From NCBI GenBank assembly GCA_964590575.1, contig CAZPWM010000010.1, positions 1-54,586 on the forward strand: a stretch of 54,586 bases of DNA. Reading direction: 5' to 3'. Made by a program: the position numbers and the translations under genes. The notes beneath the pieces were generated by a model. It made no database searches. It saw only the letters and a program-made list of their open reading frames with translations, and had not been told where the DNA came from. This DNA comes from an uncultured archaeon (lineage in GTDB: Archaea > Asgardarchaeota > Thorarchaeia > Thorarchaeales > Thorarchaeaceae). Positions 48,604 through 54,586 of the stretch are shown in pieces. The stretch's first letter is position 1; every line of letters starts with the position of its first letter.

Positions 48604-49212
48604 ATGGTAGAATATCATTACACAACCCCGATTTCAGAAGAAGACGCTCGAAAACTGAAGGTTGGTGATGTGATATATGTCACTGGCGAGCATGTCTATA
48701 CTGCACGTGATGAGGCACATGAACGAGCTCTCCACATGTTTGAGAAGGGCGAAAAACCTCCTGTGGACTTTGAAGGTAGTGTAGTCTATCATGTTGGTCC
48801 CGTAGCTTGGCAAAAGGATGGTAAGTGGGTCATTGTTTCAGCTGGTCCCACAACAAGCGGCCGATTGGAGATGTTCGAAGACGAATTTCTCCGAAAGTAC
48901 AAGGCTCGAATCATTGTAGGCAAGGGTGGAATGGGAAAGAAGACCCTTGATGCGCTCAAAGAAGTTGGAGCAGTCTACTGCAGTTACACAGGTGGTTGCG
49001 GTGCTCTAGCGGCGAAAGGCCTCAAAGAAGTAAGAAGTTACGAATGGCAAGATCTTGGCATGCCTGAGGCACTCTGGGTAATCACCGCTGAAGAGTTTGG
49101 ACCCCTACTTGTCACGATGGACTCCCATGGTAATAGCATGCATGATGACATGGACAAATTAGTCGCCAGTCGAAAGGCAGATGTCTATGCAAAAATCGGA
49201 GTCAAAGAGTGA
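48604..49212 (+). CDS. Class I fumarate hydratase, beta subunit
   Basis: TARDEAH, GPTTS.R, GKGGM, DLGMPEA, DSHG. Confidence 0.92.
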   Translation: MVEYHYTTPISEEDARKLKVGDVIYVTGEHVYTARDEAHERALHMFEKGEKPPVDFEGSVVYHVGPVAWQKDGKWVIVSAGPTTSGRLEMFEDEFLRKYKARIIVGKGGMGKKTLDALKEVGAVYCSYTGGCGALAAKGLKEVRSYEWQDLGMPEALWVITAEEFGPLLVTMDSHGNSMHDDMDKLVASRKADVYAKIGVKE

Positions 49213-49223
49213 TTCTATTAGCT

Positions 49224-49261
49224 GGCAGACCTTGGTCTGCCTCTCTCTTTCCTTTTCGTTT
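49224..49261 (+). terminator. Hairpin plus pyrimidine tract after the fumarase genes
   Basis: GGCAGAC-CTTG-GTCTGCC followed by TCTCTCTTTCCTTTT. Confidence 0.55.
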
Positions 49262-49337
49262 CAATAGTAACTCTTAAAGAGCAGCGTAAGTCCCGACGGC
49301 TTAACCACGGAGAGAGCTCTCCATTGGAGGACTGTAG

Positions 49338-51026
49338 TTGGACTACAAGACAATCATGTGCGACGTTCTTGTTGTTGGTGCTGGCGGCGCTGGCTGTCGT
49401 GCAGCAATTGAGGCATCAAATCACAACTTGGACGTTATCATGCTAAGCAAAGAGCTGCTCGGTAAGGCTCATACAGCCATGGCTGAGGGCGGTTATAATG
49501 TATCTCTGGGTAATGTAGACCCAGATGATGACCCTGAAACCCACTTCAAGGACACAATTACTGGTGGCAACTACCTGAACAATCAGAACCTTGCAGAGAT
49601 TTTAGTGAGAGATGCCCCGCAGAGAATCTTTGATCTGGAGGACATGGGTGCTGTCTTCGATAGGACCCCTGAGGGTAAAATTGCACAGCGACCGTTCGGT
49701 AAACAGAGCTGGCGTAGAACTGCCTACGCTTCTGACAGAACAGGTTCTGAGATAATGGTCACTCTTACAGAGGCGATTCGTAAGTCATCCGTGCGGGTGT
49801 TTGACGAAGTGTTTGCCACCAGACTCTTGACAACAGATGGTAAGATCTCTGGTGTCTGTGCTGTAGACCTCAAATATGGTGACTATCTCGTTTTCCGAGC
49901 AAAATCTGTTGTCATGGCCACTGGTGGTGCTGGTCGAATCTATAGTGTTACCAGTAACGCACAGTTGGATGTTGGCGATGGGTATGGAATGGCCTATGAA
50001 GCTGGCTGTGAGATGATTGACATGGAAATGATTCAGTTCCATCCTACAGGAATGGTCAAACCTGAATCTGCCAAGGGTCGCTTGGTCACAGAAGCTGTTC
50101 GCGGTGAGGGAGGTATTCTTCTGAACAACAAAGGCGAGCGGTTCATGAACCGATACTATCCAGAAGTCATGGAGCTTGCTGGACGTGACCAGGTTGCACG
50201 GTCAATCATGACAGAGGTCAAAGAAGGAAGAGGTTCTCCTGATGGAGGGGTCTATCTAAGTATCGCACACCTTCCCCGTTCAATCATCGAATTTAGATTG
50301 GAGAGCATGATTGAGCAGTTCGGGGATGCCGGTGTTGATATCCGCGAGGAACCTATGCAAGTTTCACCCACTGCCCATCATTTCATGGGTGGCATTAAAA
50401 TCGACGAGAACTCGGGTACCAATATTCCTGGACTCTATGCTTCAGGTGAATGCACAGGAGGTGTCCATGGTGGGAACAGACTTGGTGGAAACGCACTTGC
50501 AGACACTCAAGTATATGGCGCTCTCTCTGGCGAAAAAGCTGCAGAATACGCTAAAGAAACCAGTCATCTGGGTGTGGACCGTGAGGAGATCAAGGCTGAG
50601 TTTGAAAGACTTGAAGCGATGCTCAACCGTAAGGAAGGTGTTTCTCCTGCAGACGCTCGTGAAGAGCTCACCGAACTTATGTGGGCAAAGGTCCAGATCT
50701 TCAGAAAAGAAGATGAGATGCAATATGCAGTCAAAGAACTCAGACGAATAGAGAAAGAAGTGGTGCCTAAAATCAAAGTTGATGTTCCTGTGAAACGCTT
50801 CAATCCCGGCTGGCACCAAGCAATAGAATTTGTGCACATGATCACAACAGCCAGAATGGTCGCTGAAGCTGCGGTGATGCGAAAGGGAAGTAGAGGCGCT
50901 CACTACCGTGTTGATGCTGACCCCAATGATAAGGGCTATTACAATATCGTCATCCGCAAAGGTAAGGACGGCAAGATGGAGCTGCGAAAGGAAGAACTTG
51001 TGATTACCAAGATCACTCCACCATAA
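49338..51026 (+). CDS. tfrA: Thiol:fumarate reductase flavoprotein subunit
   Basis: GAGGAG, AHTAMAEGG, QFHPTG, EAVRGEG, HHFMGG, HGGNRLGGN. Confidence 0.88.
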   Translation: MDYKTIMCDVLVVGAGGAGCRAAIEASNHNLDVIMLSKELLGKAHTAMAEGGYNVSLGNVDPDDDPETHFKDTITGGNYLNNQNLAEILVRDAPQRIFDLEDMGAVFDRTPEGKIAQRPFGKQSWRRTAYASDRTGSEIMVTLTEAIRKSSVRVFDEVFATRLLTTDGKISGVCAVDLKYGDYLVFRAKSVVMATGGAGRIYSVTSNAQLDVGDGYGMAYEAGCEMIDMEMIQFHPTGMVKPESAKGRLVTEAVRGEGGILLNNKGERFMNRYYPEVMELAGRDQVARSIMTEVKEGRGSPDGGVYLSIAHLPRSIIEFRLESMIEQFGDAGVDIREEPMQVSPTAHHFMGGIKIDENSGTNIPGLYASGECTGGVHGGNRLGGNALADTQVYGALSGEKAAEYAKETSHLGVDREEIKAEFERLEAMLNRKEGVSPADAREELTELMWAKVQIFRKEDEMQYAVKELRRIEKEVVPKIKVDVPVKRFNPGWHQAIEFVHMITTARMVAEAAVMRKGSRGAHYRVDADPNDKGYYNIVIRKGKDGKMELRKEELVITKITPP

Positions 51027-51038
51027 GGAGGCAAAAAG

Positions 51039-52601
51039 ATGGCAAAGACATTCAAAACAAGCGTGCAGCGATATAATCCAGACAATGATGACGCACCATA
51101 CTTCCAAGAGTTCGATGTCGAATATGAACCTGGAATGACTGTTCTGGATGCGTTGCTCTATATTCAGGACAAGTTCGATTCAAGTCTAGCGTTCCGTTGG
51201 GAGTGCAGAGGCGGCCAGTGTGGCGCGTGTGCTGTAAAGGTCAACAAAATCGCTCGAATTGCATGCCGAACCAAAGTAAATCCAGAAGAGGCCCTCTTTC
51301 TCGAACCACTAGATAAGATGCCAGTCATCAAGGATTTAGTCACTGATATGGCCCAGACGACCTATCGCATCAGGCGAATTCGTCCATATGTTGCACGTGA
51401 CAAACAACCACAGCATCCAGAAATCATCCATGCAGAGGAGATTGAGAAACTCAGAGAAATCAGAAAATGCATCGAATGTAATGCATGCCTGTCGAACTGT
51501 CCCATTGTACATGAAACTTGGGACTATCCAGGTCCTATGATCATCCGACAGCTTGCCAGACTGGAACTCGATCCACGAGATGTCGAGGACCGTGTTGCAA
51601 TGGCAATGAATGAAGCAATCTACAGTTGCACAACCTGCAAGATGTGCGAGGACATATGTCCCAAGAAAATCAAGATTCCTTCTCTTGCAGTCGAACTTCT
51701 GCGGGCAAAGGCGGTCGAAGCAGGATACCCACTAGCTGAAGGTCAACAAGGTTTCATTGATTCAGTAAATACTACAGGTCGTGCTGTTCCCGAGAAGGAC
51801 ACTCCACTTCTGTCTGAGCTTGAAACAGAGGAGTTCTTTGTGGACAAACCCCGGGGTCGAGTTGCCTTCTTCACAGGATGCCTCATTGACTATCGGATGC
51901 AGAGCACTGGTAAGGCATTGATTGATGTCTTAAACCGCAATAATATCGATGTAGTCGTTCCGAAGGAACAATGGTGTTGTGCAAGTCCGGCCTTCCGAAC
52001 TGGAGATTTGAATACCGCATACGCAGCTGCAAGAAGGGTAACTGAAATCTTTGAAACCGCCATGGAGAAGTACAACTTTGATACAGTGGTCGTTGCATGT
52101 GCTGGTTGCGGTAAGACACTTAGAGAAGACCATTATCCTCTCATCGAGGAAGAACGTGGCACACCTCCCAAATTCAAGGTCTATGACTTGGCTGAGTATC
52201 TATTGGATGTCATTGGTAAGGAAAATATAGTTCCACCAAAAGGCGAGATCAAGCTGAAAATCACATATCATGAACCATGCCACCTTGGCAGAGGCCAGGG
52301 TGTTATTGATCAACCAATAGAACTGCTTAAGATGATTCCTGGTGTTGAATACATCGATGACCCCTACAAGAACCGTTGTTGTGGTGCAGGTGGTGGACTT
52401 CGTGCAGGCCAACGTGAGTTATCTATGAAAATTGCCTTGACAAGGAAGGAATACATTGAAGCAACAGGTGCGGATATGGTGACTACAGAATGTCCCTTCT
52501 GTACAATCCAACTCAACGATATGATGAAAGATACTGAGATGAAAGTTCGATATATTCCTGACCTACTTGCTGAGTCCTACCGAAAGGGGGATGAAAAGTA
52601 A
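51039..52601 (+). CDS. tfrB: Thiol:fumarate reductase Fe-S/CCG subunit
   Basis: CRGGQCGAC 2Fe-2S, two 4Fe-4S motifs, C-terminal CCA/CCG (HdrD-like) domains. Confidence 0.88.
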   Translation: MAKTFKTSVQRYNPDNDDAPYFQEFDVEYEPGMTVLDALLYIQDKFDSSLAFRWECRGGQCGACAVKVNKIARIACRTKVNPEEALFLEPLDKMPVIKDLVTDMAQTTYRIRRIRPYVARDKQPQHPEIIHAEEIEKLREIRKCIECNACLSNCPIVHETWDYPGPMIIRQLARLELDPRDVEDRVAMAMNEAIYSCTTCKMCEDICPKKIKIPSLAVELLRAKAVEAGYPLAEGQQGFIDSVNTTGRAVPEKDTPLLSELETEEFFVDKPRGRVAFFTGCLIDYRMQSTGKALIDVLNRNNIDVVVPKEQWCCASPAFRTGDLNTAYAAARRVTEIFETAMEKYNFDTVVVACAGCGKTLREDHYPLIEEERGTPPKFKVYDLAEYLLDVIGKENIVPPKGEIKLKITYHEPCHLGRGQGVIDQPIELLKMIPGVEYIDDPYKNRCCGAGGGLRAGQRELSMKIALTRKEYIEATGADMVTTECPFCTIQLNDMMKDTEMKVRYIPDLLAESYRKGDEK

Positions 52602-52658
52602 CTTATGAGAGGGTCTATCCTTCTCATTCTATTTTCATAAAATGAAATGAGTGTGTAA

Positions 52659-53930
52659 TCACCACTCACTCAGATGCTTTCGAAGCATTCTGTGAACCTG
52701 AAGCGTAACTAAATCACTAGGTATCAGACCATAATCTACAAGGTTCCATGCTGCATGGGTGAATATCATCACATGAGAAGCCCGTGGTTCGCTTAGAAGC
52801 GTCGCCATAATGTATTGACAACACCGAACGAGTGACCACTCGCCATCAAAGTCAGCAATTTTGTTTTCAAACTCACTTGACTTTTCATGAGTCATTGCAT
52901 TCCACATTTCAGAAACATCACTCGTGCTGACCCATTCTTGAATGTCCTTTGTGTGAGGGAGCCTAATTATCTCCGGATGCTGACTCCAGTCCGCCTCGGA
53001 ATCTCTCTTCAGAATCTTATCAAAGACCAGCTCATTCTCAGATGCCATTTTGCCACCAATGTTCTGTTCCAACCTGTCAATAAGCCAACGAGTCATCTCT
53101 TTTGTAACAAGGCCCCTTTGGTTAGCGTCTACAATTCTCTGTGCAAAGATTGTATTGTGTCCAAGAATTCCATAATTCGCGACAGAGTTAATGAAGATGT
53201 TTCGATAAATGGTCAGATCAGTTGGTTTCGCTAGTTTTGATAGGTTATCATCGTGAGTGAAACCATCTGGTGCTTTTGAGGGAACTTTCCGTACAAGATA
53301 TTCCATGAGGTGCCACAAAGACACAATCTGTGGTCTAGTATACTCAGCTCCTGGTAATTCAGTGATGAGGGAAACAGGCAGGATGAATGCATGTCCTAAT
53401 CTATCAGGATCTTCTGCTGCAAGCGACGTAATAACGCGCCTTAACCTAACAGGGTCCTCTTTTGATGCTAGGATAACTGATGCTTCCCAAGATCCGACCA
53501 GACTCTTTTGTCGTATGGTACTTTCTAGCTTTCGAACTGCGTTATCGGGGGAATCTATACTCCTCCCGACGTTGTAACTTGGACCTTTCTCTAGATTCCA
53601 ATGATCAATATCTGCCAAATGAAGTGCTAAGCGTTCAATCAATAGCTCTTGTAGTTCCGTCTTCCGATCATTTTCAAGCGGGATTCTAGCCAGCTCTGAT
53701 GAAGTACCAGGGGCAAGTCCGGAATGACTACCTAAGTCCTTAATCATTCCATGAATTGAATTAACCAAGATTGTCGAATGTGGTGTATCATATGTTCGCT
53801 GTTCATGCCATGCCGCGCCATGCATAAGGACTGCCCAAATAGCAGATGGTCGCGCAGAAGGAATCATCTTCTTGATACCATTTACAGCCTGTCGATTATC
53901 TGCTTTCAGACATGCCTGAAAGAAGTCCAT
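52659..53930 (-). CDS. Hypothetical helical protein with repeated HxxI motifs
   Basis: PHSTIL, GHAFIL, GHNTIF, SHVMIF. Confidence 0.7.
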   Translation of the reverse strand: MDFFQACLKADNRQAVNGIKKMIPSARPSAIWAVLMHGAAWHEQRTYDTPHSTILVNSIHGMIKDLGSHSGLAPGTSSELARIPLENDRKTELQELLIERLALHLADIDHWNLEKGPSYNVGRSIDSPDNAVRKLESTIRQKSLVGSWEASVILASKEDPVRLRRVITSLAAEDPDRLGHAFILPVSLITELPGAEYTRPQIVSLWHLMEYLVRKVPSKAPDGFTHDDNLSKLAKPTDLTIYRNIFINSVANYGILGHNTIFAQRIVDANQRGLVTKEMTRWLIDRLEQNIGGKMASENELVFDKILKRDSEADWSQHPEIIRLPHTKDIQEWVSTSDVSEMWNAMTHEKSSEFENKIADFDGEWSLVRCCQYIMATLLSEPRASHVMIFTHAAWNLVDYGLIPSDLVTLQVHRMLRKHLSEW

Positions 53931-53950
53931 TTACTCTCACCTAGAATATA

Positions 53951-54499
53951 TCACGATATAATGAACGATTCTCTGCACATAGTGCATGTCACGGTTTCCC
54001 CCTTGACAGCGATTCGCTTGAGATCATTCCTACAAAATGGACATACTGCAATAGTTTTTGGTGGGGGTCCACTCCCGGTTCCAAGGATGAAGTCACCTCT
54101 GTCATGGTCGATTCTTCCAGATAATTCCCTGCCATCAATAAGATCATTGAGAATCTTGGTAACATTCATTATGGATACACCTGCCTCTTGTGCGATTCTC
54201 TCCAAGGCAAGTCTTCTCATTCCCTCTACAGTTCTCTTCACTGCTGTGACGGGATCGACTGTAGCTTTTCTCTCGATTAGCGGCGGCTGAAGTTTAGTAG
54301 CTTGTAATTCCGAGGGCTGGATTCTTTGAACCGCTGATAGCGCCTGAGTTGACCCTCCTGCATATTCCAATTGCTGCCTCAGGTCAGTCATCTTTCTATT
54401 GTACTCTTCTTCTGACACTAATCCACGCATATAGTCTAGGTCAAGATCCTTGATTTCCATCTCAATTTTTGCAATCTCGTCCTTAGAGGAATCGTTCAA
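53951..54499 (-). CDS. Protein with SHOCT-like N-terminus, PCI-like winged helix and Zn ribbon
   Basis: GLVSEEEY..K; IAQEAGV..V.KIL.DLI....LSGRID...G; CPFC...CTMC. Confidence 0.65.
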   Translation of the reverse strand: MNDSSKDEIAKIEMEIKDLDLDYMRGLVSEEEYNRKMTDLRQQLEYAGGSTQALSAVQRIQPSELQATKLQPPLIERKATVDPVTAVKRTVEGMRRLALERIAQEAGVSIMNVTKILNDLIDGRELSGRIDHDRGDFILGTGSGPPPKTIAVCPFCRNDLKRIAVKGETVTCTMCRESFIIS

Positions 54500-54586
54500 G
54501 ATAGTGGTTCTCCGTCTACTCTACTAACATTTACCTGACATCTTTCAATATAAGCGGAATGCATTTGAATACATCACATCATTAGA

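Noticed and set aside
50442-51107. 221-aa antisense ORF, and the many other short shadow ORFs in the track
   Set aside because: They overlap well-supported genes on the opposite strand or in another frame and have no protein-like motifs.

Overview
Gene-dense archaeal chromosome window. Gene content points to an Asgard archaeon, most likely Thorarchaeota; this is an inference from the Vps29-like, EMC6/RAB5IF-like and PCI-like proteins, Thr-rich membrane-anchored proteins, Tfr and multi-intron tRNAs. The flanks are housekeeping: tRNA modification (trm5, taw1), pcm, ribK, translin, proteasome beta, NOG1, rtcA, nadM, proS, MutS-like, nadC, pyrC, rqcH, fumarase, tfrAB. The middle (about 18.7-34.4 kb) is an accessory island built around a three-intron tRNA-Asn(GTT) at 25899-26067. 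To its left lie five clear and one degenerate inverted copies of the last 15 nt of that tRNA. Each interval between copies holds one intact gene, and most copies directly follow a minus-strand stop codon. To its right lie two inverted copies of the tRNA promoter plus first 22 nt. This looks like an integron-like gene-cassette array anchored on a tRNA. No integrase is visible in the window, but a HerA/VirB4-like ATPase, a LAGLIDADG-like protein and a small ORF form an operon next to the tRNA. Two further intron-containing tRNAs (Ile2-CAT, Glu-TTC), a second tRNA 3' fragment and a candidate structured ncRNA (about 7135-7361) are also present. All family calls come from motif recognition by eye; no searches were run.
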